DNA from: Eledone cirrhosa
Taxonomy: Eukaryota
Assembly: GCA_964016885.1 (NCBI GenBank)
Contig: OZ024740.1
Location: forward strand, 219,480,001-219,544,000
Direction: 5' to 3'
DNA: 64,000 nt
Below, piece by piece: positions 1 to 14,668 of this stretch. A model generated the notes under the pieces. The model had not been told where the DNA came from, did no database searches, and worked only from the letters and a program-made list of their open reading frames with translations. Position 1 is the first letter of the stretch; each line of letters opens with the position of its first letter. A program made the position numbers and the translations under genes.

Positions 1-1150
1 GGTTTTTATATGGTTTTTAATGTTCTTTTAAGTAGTTTTTATAGAGATTTTAATGATCTTTATATACTCTTTACAGTGTCTTTAGATAGTCTTATATGTT
101 CTTTATACAGTCTTTATATAGTGTTTATATAGTGTTTATATTGTCTTTATATGGCCTTTATATTCCACCAGTGGTGCCTGTGTAGGATCATTCATGTGTC
201 CTGGCACAACCGAGTGTGAAACAAAAAAAATCCTGCAGGATGCCGAGTCGTGGACATTGCAGAGGATGGTCATGGAGCACCAGTTTTACCTGGCTGGCCA
301 TATTCTGCGCCTGCCTAATAATCGACACTCAAAAACAGTAATGAACTGGACTCCACCTGGCGGGAAACGGCATTGCCCCAGGATCACCTGGTGACGAACG
401 TTCCAAAAAGACCTGATGGCAGCCAACATCACTTGTTACAGATGTGAAAAAGCCGCTGCTGATTGTGACCATTGGTGACTACTTACTGCTCAATGGGCCG
501 AAAGGCATGGAAGAACCTAAGACAAAGACTAAGTCTTTGTATAATCTTTATATGATCTGTGTATAATCTTTATATGGATATGGTCTTTAATTTTTATCTA
601 GTCCGTATATAGCTTTTATATGGTCTTCATATTTTTAAATAGTCTTTATATAATCTTAATAGTCTTTATATTCTCTTTACATGGTCTGTATATGGTCTTC
701 ATATAGTGTTTATAAAGCTTTATACGATCTTTGTATGGTTTCTATATAGTCTTTATATAGTCTGTATAATTTTTATATGGTTTTATATAGGTTTTATTTT
801 GCCTTTATATTGTCTTGATATTGTTTGTTAACTTTGCCTTTCATCCTTACAGGGTCGATAAAATAAAGTACCAGTAATGTACTGGGTAATTGCTGGCCTT
901 GTGCCAAAAGTTGAAACAATTAGTTTTATGTTGTCTTTATATAATATTTATATAGTCTTTATATGATAATTATATTGTCCTTATATTGTCTTTATATGAT
1001 AATTATATTGTCCTTATATTGTTTTTATATTGTCTTTATATGATCTTTATATTGTTTTTATATGATAATTATATTGTCCTTATATTGTCCTTATATTGTC
1101 TTTATATTGTCCTTATATTGTCTTTATATTGTTGTTATATGGTTGTTATA
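1..1150. repeat. Degenerate ~11-bp minisatellite (TCTTTATATAG/TCTTTATATTG-like) interrupted by a LINE fragment and a SINE
   Basis: Repeated tctttatatag / tccttatattg units seen directly. Confidence 0.75.
165..535 (+). mobile_element. Degenerate 3' fragment of an RTE-like LINE ORF
   Basis: LAGHILRLPNNRHSKTVMNWTPPGGKR..PRITW resembles the RTE C-terminal GHxxR...GxRxxGRPxxxW motif; contains stops. Confidence 0.65.
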
Positions 1151-1411
1151 TTGTTCAGGTTACTATTCTATTTTTATCTTCATCTTTTTAAGATTTCAAA
1201 ATTTAAGAATTTGTCATATTTAGGTTTTATTTATGTTCAAGTGTGTATTTAATGTGATGAAATGCCAGAGATACTTGAATGTTGGATAGAATACTTGGCA
1301 GTCCATCTTCCTGCTCTCTATGCTCTTGAGTTCAAATTATGCTAATGTCATCTTTGCTTTTCATCTATTCAACATTGATAAATAAAGAGTACCAGTCCAG
1401 TACTGGCATTG

Positions 1412-1495
<84 letters not shown>

Positions 1496-1759
1496 ACACA
1501 CACACAGTGTGAGTGTGTAAGAAATCAGCCTTGTTCAGACTTGGGGAGAGATCTACCATTGTAAGTCACAACAGTGTCCCTATGATTCCATCAGAAGTTT
1601 AGGGTCCATGAATGATGGATGGAACTGTGTACTTGTCTGTGTGAACACATGTCAATGTGCATGCATGCCCATATTTGTATGTATGTATGTATGTATGTAT
1701 GTATGTATGTATGTATGTATGTATGTGTGTACATGTATGTATGTATTATGTATGTATGT

Positions 1760-2323
1760 TTCTCTTTCTTTTAATTTCGGGTACACTTTTGACCAGCCAC
1801 CTTCCTGGTGGCAAAGTTGTAAAAGAAAAGAAATTGGCATCCCTTGAATCGCAAGAATGTTTTTCAAACATACAAATATTTCTACATAAGTGTTTGAACA
1901 GTTCATATATTGCAACACATCTATTTATATGAACAATACATATGTATGTATGTATGAATGTTTCTCCTTCTCTTAATTTCGAGTACATTTTTGACCGACC
2001 ACCTTCGTGGTGGCAAGGTTGTAAAAGAAAAGAAATTGTCATCGCTTGAATCACAAGAATGTTTTGCAAATTTTGAAGGTGCCAGCTATCGCAGCCATTT
2101 GTAGTCTATGAATTAGAGAGCTGTGTTCTTCGTCCACAAATCCAAGTTCAGTTATACTTTGGTCCAAGCGGGTTGGTATATAACCTGTAGCTCCAACAAT
2201 GATGGGTATGAAGCTGAAGGTGTATCTTGGATACTGGATCTGCAACTCCTCATCAATGGTCCATAGATGTCCTCCTTCTCTTGTATTTTTCTTACAACGT
2301 TGACATCAAGTGGGCAGCTGATC
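1760..2323 (-). mobile_element. R4/Dong-like non-LTR retrotransposon 3' fragment (restriction-like endonuclease C-terminus) with partly duplicated 3' UTR
   Basis: YPRYTFSFIPIIVGATGY...GTFKICKTFL ends at 2051. The UTR block at ~1960-2050 is repeated at ~1760-1865. Confidence 0.7.
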
Positions 2324-4067
2324 TGTATGTATGTATATATGTATGTAACTACTGAGCCACAGGTTTTATATCGGAGTTATCCCAGTTTCCTGAGTTGCCT
2401 TCTCTTAGAAGAATGCCCTGACAAAGGCTAGGGGTCCTTCACTCCCAGTGGTTTAACTGCATGGTACATGTGTATATACATATTTACACACTTTCGGATG
2501 GCCGTTGTCTCTTATGAGTTCTTCCACTGATGATGTTGATATGATATTTTCTTCTTTTCGGGTTATAGCTACTGTCGCTCAGAGAGTGGGATTGGCTCAG
2601 TGCACAGTCTTTCCTCACTTTAAAAAATATCTTCATGCACAAGCATTGCATGATAGAATTAGTTAATAATCATTAATAATGGTATATCGTGCAATGGCCA
2701 TACTCGATAACGAAGGGGCAGCCATCATCATCATATATATATGTATGTATCTTTGTGTATGTGTGTGTGGACACAGCTTGGTCAAATGGTTAAAAAAATA
2801 TGCTTTGCAGCAATTAAGTCTTAGGTTCGATCCCACTTTGTGACATACTTGGGTGTCATTTACTATATCCTTGAGTTGACCCATACCTTGTGATTGAAAC
2901 TGGGTAAACAAAATATGTTTGGAAACCCCTCAGATCAACTGTACTTGAAATACAAAGGGCCAGCTTTGTCACACACTGTCATGCTGAATCTCCCTGAGAA
3001 TTACATTAAGGGTTACATGTATCTATAGCATGCTCAGCCATTTGCATGCTAATTCTATGAGCAGGCTGTTTCATTGATCAAGCAACTGGAAGACTCAATG
3101 TTGAAACTGACAGGGATCCATTTCATTTTCCATTCCGCGCGTGTGTGAGAGAATATGTGTGTGTGGGGGGAGGATATTTGTGTGTGTGTGTATGTGTAGG
3201 TATGTATGTGTGTATATGTGTGTATGTCTGTGTGAGTATATGTGTGTGTGTCTGTGTGTGAGTGTGTGTATGTGCCTGCAAGTATGAATACTTGGTATCG
3301 TTCTTAGATTTATAGTACCAATATTTATTGATTCATAACAAGATTAAAAGACCTTTAAACCACGTAGCTGATACCCCCAAGGATAAGTTAATTATTGACC
3401 AATTTCTCCATCTTTTTCCTGATTTTTTTCAGCAATGTTTTCTCTGACAGAATGAAGAATCTTGTTACTATATATTTAATGCATGATGGGCACCAATATT
3501 CTCCATTTACTCATTCATTAGAACTAAACTTTATTGCAATCATTTTTAGAAGATATTTAGTGGAAGGAAAACTCAAATATTCTAGGTATTAAGCAAATAG
3601 TCTAAAAAAATCTTCATATATATTTTCCTGTGTTGCTCATTAGAACCAATTTTTATTATAATCATTTTTAGAAGCTACTTAATAAAAAGTAAAACTGAAA
3701 TAAGCTAGACATTAGGTAAATAGTCGAAGATCTTCATATATATTCTCTTGTGCTGTTCATATTGCATATTTGGTTTTTCTTTTGCACTTTAGAGATTTTG
3801 TATTCTTTATGATATTTTTATTACTAAAAGAAAATAAATATTTATTCTTTTACTGATCTCAGTTATTAGACAACGGCCATGTAAAGGCACTATTTTCAAG
3901 GAATTTAGTTGATCATATCAACTGTACTACTTATTGTTTTTCAAGCCTGGTACTTATTTTATCAATATCTCTTTGTTAAACTGCTAAATTCCAGGACATA
4001 AATGAAAAGTAAATATATAGACAAACATACACACACACATGCATTCATACATCCATCATAGATACAT

Positions 4068-4640
4068 TCAAGCATAACAGACCAGATCTAATGATATGGG
4101 ACATGGAAAAGAAGGCATGTACAGTAGTGGAAGTTAGCTGCTCAGCAGATGCCAATATAATATTAAAGATCAGCGAAAAGGAGAATATTTATGCAGAACT
4201 AATGAGGAATTTGCAGATGTTCCACCCTGATTATACCTTCAGATTTATACCTGTGATTATTGCAGCACTGGGATATGTTAGTAACGGCCTCAGTACAATT
4301 CTTGAGAAGCTGGGCTTCACAGAACCAAAAAGAACATGACTAATTAGGAAATTACAAGTACAATCCATTCATGGAACAGTAAAAATATGTAAAACATACC
4401 AAAAATTCTGCATGTAATAACTGCATGTATACATGTATAGATACAAAACATATGCACATGCACACTTATAACGCAAAACATACACATCCACACATACAAT
4501 AACATCCATACCTGCAGACACATGCATGCATGCAGGCATATCTACCTAGTTGATGTTTTTAAATTCCAATGAGAGAGTCTATGTTAGAAACTGACTCTCT
4601 CTGTATTGGTAAACATTTATAAAAATTATAAAACCAGAAC
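4068..4640 (+). mobile_element. R4/Dong-like non-LTR retrotransposon 3' fragment (RLE domain plus UTR)
   Basis: KHNRPDLMIWD...VVEVSC..D...KENIY..L...IPVIIAALG...GTVKICK is the PD..(D/E)xK RLE signature; one in-frame stop at 4337-39. Confidence 0.75.
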
Positions 4641-7600
4641 ACACATATGAACATAATGGGATTCCCTACAGTCTCCCAAATTTTACTCTCTAGGCATTGG
4701 TCAGTCTGAGGTTAGAGTAGAAGGCACTTACCCAAAGTGCCATGCAGTGAGACAGAACACAAAGACACATGGTTGTGAAATGAAATCTTCATCTCTACAG
4801 TCATGCCTGTATTTTCTTGTGTGTGTTACTGAAAATATAAGCAACAATTGATTTTCTTGAACCAACTAAGTTATCTGTGAATATCTTTGGTACACACAAG
4901 TTAATAAGTAAGATTTTCTAAAGGAATAGTACAACACAGCCTCATTAGGTAGATATTCAATCTAACAACTAAGAAAACTAACTCAATTTCTATTGGTAAA
5001 TAAAATTATTATTCCTGATCTTTTAGTGTAGATTGCTTCAATACACGAAAGAAGTACATGTTATTTAATCAGCAACTGACACTTGAGCTCTCATACAAAG
5101 AAAGTTTTTAGGAAACCCCTGAAAGATAATAATTTCATTTCATTAAAAGAAAATTCTATGTCTTTATATATACACATTTTATATTGTTGGTAAAAATGTA
5201 AACGTAAATGTTATATAGCTTTTGACTTCACCATCTTTTTATCACCTGTGAGAGGAGATGTCTCTGGTGAGCAGCTGGAAAAAAACATTATGGACCAGGT
5301 CAGAATCAAAAACATTAGGTAGATAGTTGGTATCATACCTAACAATCTGCTCATAGCTCATCAACTCATCAAATAGTTTGCTCACCTGATTAGAAGACCA
5401 ATCAACTAGCTAGCTCTGCGTGCCTATAACACTAAATACTCAGGTTTCAGAGCATGAGAAAAACCATCCTTGCAATGGATTTATGAAGTTACAGACATAT
5501 TTTACACCCACAGCTTAACACTACTACAGGTTTCACACCTTGCTGCAGATTACCAGCTTTATTTTCCCCTGATACCTTCTTTGTAGAAGCATCTAGAATA
5601 AAGAAGAAGAATTTATCACTGAAGATCATTCTATCTTAAATATGATGTGCTATTTTTTTACTGTCTCCTTTGAGTCGACAGTTATAACTTGGAATGAAAT
5701 CAAATTGTTCTTTTATCCTATTTTATACCACCACCATCATTGAGCCCCTAATTTCTGTTGGTTTTTATTCATCAATCCTGAATGGATGAAAGACAAAGCT
5801 GACTTTAGTTGGATTTGATGCCTCATACATCTTAAATGATCCAGTGAAAGAAATATATATATATATATATATATTGTATTCTGTGTACTTATTAGTGTTA
5901 CCAATAAAACAAGGATTCTTGGAAGTAATATTCCTCTGTTTCAGTATCCAGAGGCTTTTAGTTGCAACACATTTATGGTTTATATATTGTATGAAGCTAC
6001 CCCCAATTCCTACCACAGTATTGAACTATTTACAAGATCCTATCATAATATCTATTTTTCTGAGTCTTAGTATCAGAATCAATCCCAGGAGGTCAGTAGC
6101 TCCACTTGAGTATTGATTCGATCTGTGACAACCAGTCCAACCCTTGTTAGTAAGGAAAACTGACATTAAAGGATGATGATGATGATGAGCATATTTTGAT
6201 TTCAGTTCAGCTTTTATGTTTGTGAAGTGTTAAGTCTTCTTAAGCAACTGTTATTTGTAAATGTACTCCCTAATGATAATGATGTGATAAAATGCACCCA
6301 TTATGCTCTGTAAAGTGGTTGTTGTTGGGAAGGGCATCAGACCATAGAAATCATGCTAATAAGAGTAGAGAAGAAGAGAAGAATCTTCAGTCTCATCAAG
6401 GACATGCCAACTTTTCTAGTACTGGGTACTGGTGCCTTAAATATAATGCTCCCAGTACACCCTGTTGTGTGGTTGGCATTAGAAAGAGTGTCTAGTTATA
6501 GAAACTATGCTAAAAATGGAAAGTAATAAATGAGATCCGAGTAAGGAGGGCAGTGGCTTTAAACTCTAATTAAGTACTAATTTGGTCTATAGTGACCTGT
6601 CCAACCCATGCCCGCATGGAAAAATAGCCTGATGCACTGTGATGATGATGTGCTTTAAATATTCTAATCTTAAATGATATAGTCATTGATCTTAGTTCTT
6701 TACAACATTTCATTTTTTTTTTATTTCAATTTTATTTTACTTTTATCCATTGTTAAGACATCTTGGTGAGTTAATCACAGTTTTTATGGTAGTTAACAGT
6801 CAGAAATATCTGACTTCTTCCTGAATGGAAGGACATCAGTTGTATATCACCACACTAGTACATCAAGTAGTATTGTTTATGGAAGTATCTGTCAACACTT
6901 CAGTCTCTACACAAACATACTATCAATTCAACCATCTGCAACTATTTCCTCCTACTGTTTTTACATACTAAATTGACATATCTAACATACACAGCCACTA
7001 AGATATATTTGTTTACCATAGCTGGGTGTCTTCTTTGTTTCTTACACATATAAAATATTCCTACTTTCTCTGTAAGCTGTCCAATAATATAGACTGGCTG
7101 TTCTTTCTTCTCTGCAATATTTTAATTCTTTTATCCACTACAAAAAAAAAAAAATGGCAATAAAAAATGCCATAAAGAAATTATTCTGTAACAGATTTCT
7201 GACACTTCCTTTGAAGCTCAGTTTTATTAAAAGGATCTTATTGGGAAACATTAGATGCGCATTTGCTTAACTCTTATTCATGTGGTGCAGTTGTTGATAT
7301 TATTCATTTTTATTGTAGTGTTTTTTTTACTATATTTCTTTATGTACTTTACAGCGCTGTCTTTGTGACATATTAATATGATGCTTCTTCACAATACTCC
7401 AAGAAATCTTAGACAAAACTTTACCAAGTCTTATCTGTCTTGTTTCTTCTCTTTGATTTAGTTTTATAGATAGAAGAAAATTTTATATTAAAACTTCTTT
7501 TGTCTTCAAAATGAGAAAACTTTTATTTCAGTGCAATAGAGAATATGCAATACAAACATATTTGAATATTTTCGCATATTACTAAATGTCCTTACTGTTA

Positions 7601-7649
7601 GTTAGTCTTCTCTCTTTCTAAATGCCTTTATGCATCTTTCTAATTTCAG

Positions 7650-7816
7650 CAAATACTTTCCCAATTGATGGTATTGATCAGTTTGGTCGTACTCCACTCA
7701 TGTACTGTGTGTTAGCAGATCGACCTCACTGCGCCAAACTTTTACTTAAAGCAGGTTCCAATGTTAATATCAAAGATAAAGGTGGTCGCACTGCTCTGCA
7801 TGGGGCTGCTCATAAG
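7650..7816 (+). CDS. INVS: Inversin internal coding exon (167 nt, phase 1 to 0), ankyrin repeats
   Basis: tttcAG acceptor at 7648-49 and AAG|GTAAGT donor at 7817. Encodes NTFPIDGIDQFGRTPLMYCVLADRPHCAKLLLKAGSNVNIKDKGGRTALHGAAHK, matching recalled vertebrate inversin DQFGRTPLMYCVLADRLDCADALLKAGADVNKTDHSQRTALHLAAQK. Confidence 0.93.
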
Positions 7817-8731
7817 GTAAGTCTTTTCATGTACTACCAGTTTCACCACCCCCCGCCCTATATATATGTATATAAATTTAGGAAAATTAACAAAGAATGA
7901 AAAGGCAAAACAAGAAACAATTTTTTAAAGGGAAATCTTTGAAAAATCATTTATTGAAAATAAAAATACAAACGAAAAACACAGAACTCCAGAATCTTCA
8001 GGCGTTGTGATGGACTTTGGCAGTTTTCACCCCTACCAATGGTACTGCTAGTCCAACTGGGTTACAAGCCAAAGTCCATGGTGTAAATATCCACTTTGGT
8101 CACAAATGACCATGGGATTTGCAACTAGAAAGTTCCCCTCCGAGATACAAGTCCAAACAAGGTTTTTTGTGGTATAGCAGTCTCCCTTGCATACCAATCT
8201 CCCTTCTCCCCACCACCAATGTTGTCCAAGGGAATAGTAAGGGCTGATACGTCATGGCACCAGTGACATCCCAACTAATTTTTACAGCTAAGTAAACTAG
8301 AGCATATGAAATAAAGTACATTGCTCAAGGACACAATCCATCACTTGGTCTGGGAATCAAACTCACAACCTCACGATTGCAAGCCCAATGCTCTAACCAC
8401 TAAGCCATCCACCTATATATATATAAAAACAAATAGTAGAAAGGAAAAAGATTAGAGAATGAACATATAAGTGAAAATTAATTTTTCTTCCCCTTTTTAT
8501 TTTCATTTTCTTCATTATTGTTATTATCACTATTTGTACAAATATGCAGCTTAACAATATTCTGCATATCTGCAATTGACAATGCATTTAATGCTGAAAC
8601 CGGTATTGTAAATAAATTAATGTTTTGATATTTCACTGAAAAAATTTCTTCAACATTTTCTACTGAAAGAATCTTTTTCTTTTCTACTATTTGTTTTTAT
8701 ATATATCAACTCATGTGTTACTTTTCTACAT

Positions 8732-8775
<44 letters not shown>

Positions 8776-8784
8776 TATATACAT

Positions 8785-8830
<46 letters not shown>

Positions 8831-8833
8831 ATA

Positions 8834-9950
8834 CTAGCTGGCCCGTCCGGCTGGCGCCCGGCTAGGTATACCTGCCCCCACCACTCCACTGCAAAGATAC
8901 CACACATCCTCCCGTGTCACATTGTCCTTCCGACTCTCTCTCTCTCCCTCCCTCTCTCTCTCTCTCTGAATAACTAACACTTTAATCGTATCTCTCTCTC
9001 TGTCNNNNNNNNNNNNNNNNNNNNNNNNNNNNNNNNNNNNNNNNNNNNNNNNNNNNNNNNNNNNNNNNNNNNNNNNNNNNNNNNNNNNNNNNNNNNNNNN
9101 NNNNNNNNNNNNNNNNNNNNNNNNNNNNNNNNNNNNNNNNNNNNNNNNNNNNNNNNNNNNNNNNNNNNNNNNNNNNNNNNNNNNNNNNNNNNNNNNNNNN
9201 NNNNTTTCTGTAGATGTGTGTATGCTGTTTTCCTAATCTTTCTTTAAATCTCTCTGTGTCTATATATTGAAGTGAGATACGGAAACTAAAACAGTGTTGT
9301 CATATAGAGAGTGAAGAGCGACAGAGAGAGTAAAGCAGTTGAACTATAGAGAGGGGGAATGATCTTAGATACATACATATAAAGTATAGATATGTGTGTG
9401 TGTGTGTTTGTGTTTGTGTATGTGTGATTGTGCATGTGTGTGTCTGTGTGTTTTGTTTTGATGTTATCTGGCAATTGGCAAAATCAGGTGTGAAAGTATG
9501 TGTGTGTGTGTGTGTGTGTGTGTTACTTATGCGAGCGACAACAGAAAAAGTGTGTGGGATACATACATTATTATATTTGTCTGTATTTTCGTTCTGCAAC
9601 CATTATATTATGATATTTGTATCCAAATGATTTTAGATGTATGTATTACATGCTGTCATATAGAGTGAAGAGAGACAGAGAGTAAAGCAGTTAAATTATA
9701 GAGAGGGTGAAAGAGGGAGAGAGAGAGAGAGATGACGCTTAGCTTTATAATATTAGAGAGTGAAGAGCAACAGAGAGTAAAACAGTTAAATTATAGAGAG
9801 GGCGAATGATCTATTATAGAGAGGGCGAATGATCTATTATAGAGAGAGGGAAGAGCAATGGAGAGAGTAAAGCTAAGAAACAATAGGGAGGTGTGTAGTA
9901 TACATACATAATACATACACACAACACTCAGCTTTATAATATTATATAGA
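8834..9950 (-). mobile_element. Non-autonomous Helitron (spans assembly gap)
   Basis: Minus strand starts TCTATATAATATTATAAAG at 9950 and ends with a GC hairpin (GCCGGGCGCCAGCCGGACGGGCC) followed by CTAG|T at 8834. Confidence 0.7.
9005..9204. other. Assembly gap (200 N)
   Basis: Run of N. Confidence 1.
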
Positions 9951-10010
9951 AATATATATATAAACTAAGAATACACAAAGTTTTTCACTGAATCCCCTAT
10001 ACTATATATA

Positions 10011-11592
10011 TCATCATCATCATCATCACCGTTTTACATCCGTTCTTCCACGCTAGCATGGGTTAGACGGGTTGTCCTGTTGTGGGCAGTGTCTGGTCGG
10101 CTGATCATACCTTGCTCATACATGAACTGATTTTGGCTTGATTTCTGCAGCTGGATGCCCTTCCTAACACCAACCTCATTTACAGTGAGTGCTGGGTGCT
10201 TTTTTCGTGGCGCCTACACGTCCACTTTACAGTGTGGGCTGGGTGTTTTTTTGCTATGGCACCTTCACGACCACTTTGCAGTGGGAGGGTGTGGGGGCAT
10301 ATTGTCTAAATACTTCAGCTTCGGCTTGTACCCATGGGAGGTCGGGTACTCTGTATTACTGCATGACGCCAGAGGTCACGGTCGTGTGTCATCGCCTTTG
10401 AGAGGTGTAATTGGGTAAGGTCGGCTTTTATCACCTCATCCCAGGTCTTCTTGGGTCTCCCCACTCCGCAGTTTCCATTGACTTCTAGTGCTCTGCACCT
10501 TTTTATGCAGCTGTTATCCTTCATACGCATCACATGTCCATACCAACGCAACCACCTCTCCTGCACACAGCAATTGATTCCTCTTATCCTCAGTCTCTCT
10601 CTCAATTCATTTATGCTTTGCCGTTCGCGTATATTACTATTACACATCCATCAGAGCATGCAGGCTTCATTTCTTTCTAATCTACGTAAATCTTCCACCT
10701 TTAGCGCCCAGGTCTCACTACCATGTAACATTGCTGTTCGTATACACGCATCATACAGTCTGCCTTTCATTTTGAGGGAAAAGCCTTTTGCAGCTAGCAG
10801 TGGCAGTAGCTCCCTGAACTTCTTCCATCCTGTTCTTACCCTAGTTATTGTACTTTCTGAACACCCACCTCCGCTGCTAATTCGATCACCTAGGTAGCAG
10901 AAGCTGTCTACTGTTTCTACAGAGCCCTCCCAGAGTTTGGTGGTACTTGTTTCCTGTAGCTGTTTGCTGCTTGCTGTCCCAGCACAGCTGCTACATGTGA
11001 AGCCTACATTCTTAATTAAGCTTCCTGAGATCCCGCTACATCTCTTGTGTACATTGTTTGCATTTGGGGCAGAGAATGGAGTTCCTACCTACACCTTTCC
11101 TACATACTGAGCAAGGCCATTTTCCTGAGGGGATCTGGGTTCTGTTTTCTCGACTACTTACAAGAACCTTAGTCTTTCTCAGGTTGACTTTGAGACCCTT
11201 TCTTTCTAGTCCCTGCTTCCAAGTTTGGAATTTCTTCTCTAGTTCTACCATAGATTCAGCTATAAGTGTGAGGTCATCTGCATACAGGAGTTCCCATAGA
11301 CATCCGGTCTTAAACTCCTCCGTTATTGCCTGCAGGACTATGATGAACAGGAGAGGGCTAAGAACAGTCCTGGTGGACACCAACCTGTACACTAAATTCC
11401 TCGCTATACTCATTGCTAATCCTAACTTTGCTGACTGTTCCCCTATACATGGCTTGTACAGCTTTCACAAGCCATTCATCTACTGCTAGTTTTCTAAGAG
11501 CCCACCAGATTATAGCACGTGGAACTCTGTCAAAGGCTTTCTTGAGATCGACGAATGCCAGGTAGAGTGGCTTACTTTTAGCTTGGTACTTT

Positions 11593-11597
<5 letters not shown>
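10011..11597 (-). mobile_element. 5'-truncated, frameshifted RTE LINE
   Basis: YLAFVDLKKAFDRVPR, LLYADDL, cysteine finger and WYGHVMR...GRPKKTW spread over three frames; 3' UTR ends in (GAT)n at 10011. Confidence 0.92.
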
Positions 11598-11630
<33 letters not shown>

Positions 11631-11662
11631 AGAATACACAAAGTTTTTCACTGAAACCCCTA

Positions 11663-11708
<46 letters not shown>

Positions 11709-11740
11709 AGATCAAAAGATGGTTAAAAGAGTTCCATGTA

Positions 11741-11807
11741 TTTTATTATGCGCATTTCAAAAACAAATATCATCATGCAATAACATTTGTGTTTTCATCA
11801 GATAAAA
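11741..11807 (-). ncRNA. Type I hammerhead ribozyme motif (PLE-associated, minimal stem III)
   Basis: Minus strand: UUUUAU-CUGAUGA-[AAACACAAAUGUUAU..AUGAUAUUUGUUUUU]-GAAA-UGCGCA-UA-AUAAAA. Intact core, 6-bp stem I, palindromic stem III. Confidence 0.82.
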
Positions 11808-11888
11808 TAGGAAGACATGATATGAAGGTTAAAAAACACTTGTGGATAGTGCAGTTTTAAATCAATATATATATATATCATCATCATC

Positions 11889-11980
<92 letters not shown>

Positions 11981-12964
11981 TGGTTGGGTTATATGTTGAG
12001 GAAGGATGAAAGTGACTGAATGTGTAAAGACCAGAAAAGACATGTCTAAGAATGAAGGACGAACGTCATTGAAACTGAAGAGATAAGTATTTGTTGCACA
12101 TGTGAGGTCTGCCATGAATTATGGGAGAGAGACATGAGTGATGAACATGGAGAAGCAAAGATGACTTGAAGATTGGAAATGAAAATGGTCTAGTGAATGA
12201 GCAAAGTATCACTGAGAAAGAGGAAGACAATGAATTGCAGAAGATGATTGGAATAGAACTAGTGATGAATGCTGTGTAGAGAAATGGTATAAGATAGATG
12301 AGTTATGTGTTGAGGAAGGATGAAAGTGGCTGGGTGAGAGGAGTGATAGAAATGAATGTGGAAGGAAGTAGAGGAAGTGGAATAATGAGAATGACATGGT
12401 TAAATATGATAGAGGAGGAAATAAAAATCAGAAGGTATTGTGAGGTGGCGATGTAGACAATAGGGCAAACATGGGGACTGGAAAGCTAAACCCTACTTTA
12501 ACAAGGAGAATGTCCTTAAAGCACTTGTTGTAACCCAACCTATGCCAGCAGGGGAAAATAGACATAAAAGGATGCTTATGATGATGATGATAAATGTGTA
12601 AAGCAAATTGGCAGAGTTATTAAGGCATTGGATTGAATGTCTTGGTATTTGTTTAAGCTCACTGGCCTCCGAGTTCAAATTCCACCAAGATCAACTTTGT
12701 CTTTCATCCTTTTGAGGCCAATAAATAAAGAACCAATCAAGTAATGGGGATCAATTCTTCCTCTAGCTGTTTATCACTTTCTTTTGTTAGCTTTCCTTCT
12801 CTGGAAGAAAGTGTGTGTGTTCAAACTTGTTGTCCCTCTTCAATAAACATATAGATTGATTGACTTTCAAATATACCATACAAAGAAAATATTGTTATAT
12901 TTCCCCTAGAATTTTTTTCTGAGATATCATAAACGTTTCAACAATGTTTATTTCTTCACCCTGT

Positions 12965-13310
12965 ATCAGGTTGCTGCTCTGTTGCATTGCTGCACTCTAA
13001 TGTACACTAAACAGTTGTTGCTCTGTTGCATTCCCGCACTCTACTGCACACTAAACAGTTGTCAGTCTAGGGTCAACAAACCCAGCCTCTGTCAGGTTGT
13101 TGCTCTACTGCATTGCTGCACACTAAACAGTTGTTAGTCTTAGATTAACAAACCCAGCCTCTGTCAGGTTGTTGCTCTACTGCATTGCTGCACTCTGCTG
13201 TACACTAAACAGTTGTCAGTCTTAGATTAACAAACCCAGCCTCTGTCAGGTTGTTGCTCTACTGGTTGCATTGTTTCACTTTGCTGCTCTCTAAACAGTT
13301 GCCAGTCTCC
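12965..13310. repeat. Degenerate tandem repeat, ~75-85 bp unit
   Basis: Repeated cagcctctgtcaggttgttgctctactgcattgctgca...ctaaacagttg..agtcttagattaacaaacc. Confidence 0.8.
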
Positions 13311-13505
13311 AATGAACAAAACAACAAAACAAAACTTTAATATCTATATAACTTATGGTAGTGAAAATGCCTCCAGTGTACTCCGGTGGGAAATATATTA
13401 AGTCAAAATGTTTAAAATATCCTTAAGCTATGTAATATATTCTCTAGACACATAAACAATACATAAGACAACTTAGTTTATCCACTGAGATTGCTCCATG
13501 ATTAA

Positions 13506-13727
13506 CTCTTAACATCCTGTAATGATATACAAGAAAATATCTAAAAATTAGTTTGTTAATACAAATGCTTATACTTTATTTACTAGTGGACAGATCTTTG
13601 TGAACATTTTCAATATTAGAATGAATACTTAAATTTTTAATGTGATGCAGTCATAGAGCAGTACTATTGTGTATGTTTTCCAAAATGTCTTGTTAATGCA
13701 GTTTAATGTGGTACAGGATGTTAAGAG
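13506..13727. mobile_element. piggyBac-type MITE
   Basis: TIRs CTCTTAACATCCTGTA / TACAGGATGTTAAGAG flanked by TTAA on both sides. A similar right end occurs near 62077-62094. Confidence 0.8.
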
Positions 13728-14625
13728 TTAACCATGTTAGTCAGGGCTATGACTAATGTCTGTGAATAAAATAAACCGAAAGAGAGAATTTTGAATATAT
13801 ATATATACAGCATGTCTGCAGCCAAATAACTGAAACCAGTAAAAAAATAAAAGAATGCTACATAGTGTATATAAAGGTATCTTTACCCATGGGTATGCTT
13901 CTGGAACATCAGGATGCTGCAACAAATGTTTGTCCCGTCGGCCAGTATTGATAAAGGCATGTTCTCATTCTGCTAGACTACAATTAGTAATCAGCCACAA
14001 GAAATTACTATATAAAGTGAGTGTAAATTGCACCCAGTACACTCTGTAAACTCCTGTACACTCAGAACACTCCTGTACACTCAGTACACTCCTGTAAATA
14101 GGAATGGCACCCAGCCATAGAAAACACACCCAACAAAAAGGTAAAGAGGCTTTTTCAGTTGATCAGAAAAAGGATGACATCTCTAGTGCTGGTGCTATGA
14201 TAAAATGCATGGTGCACAGTGTAGAGTACAGGAACATATGAAAGCAAGATGTGGCCCTGGTCTATCTCATATATCAATGGCTCTGATTAAATACTGATTT
14301 GGTCTAGGGTCAAGGACAAACTATTCAACCCTTGCTAACAGGGAAAATAGACATTAAATGATGATGTTTTTGTTGATGGTGATGATGATGATGATGATGA
14401 TGATACTAAGTTGGTGCAAACCAAGGAAATAAAGAAATCACTTTTACATATAAGTAAAAAGTTTCTGTTTTAGCAAAGTAGTGAAAAGGTCTCGAGAGTG
14501 CTCTACTGGGAAATAGATTAAGTTACAATGTGTAAAAATATCCTGCAGCTATCTTACATCATAAATAGATACACATAAACAATACATTGTATATTTCAAT
14601 TCATCTGTCTATAAGCATACACTCA

Positions 14626-14668
<43 letters not shown>

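Noticed and set aside
2520-2560. Isolated CTGATGA matches (also ~47824, ~51862, ~62256)
   Set aside because: No correctly placed GAAA, stem III and closing stem I, so not counted as hammerheads.
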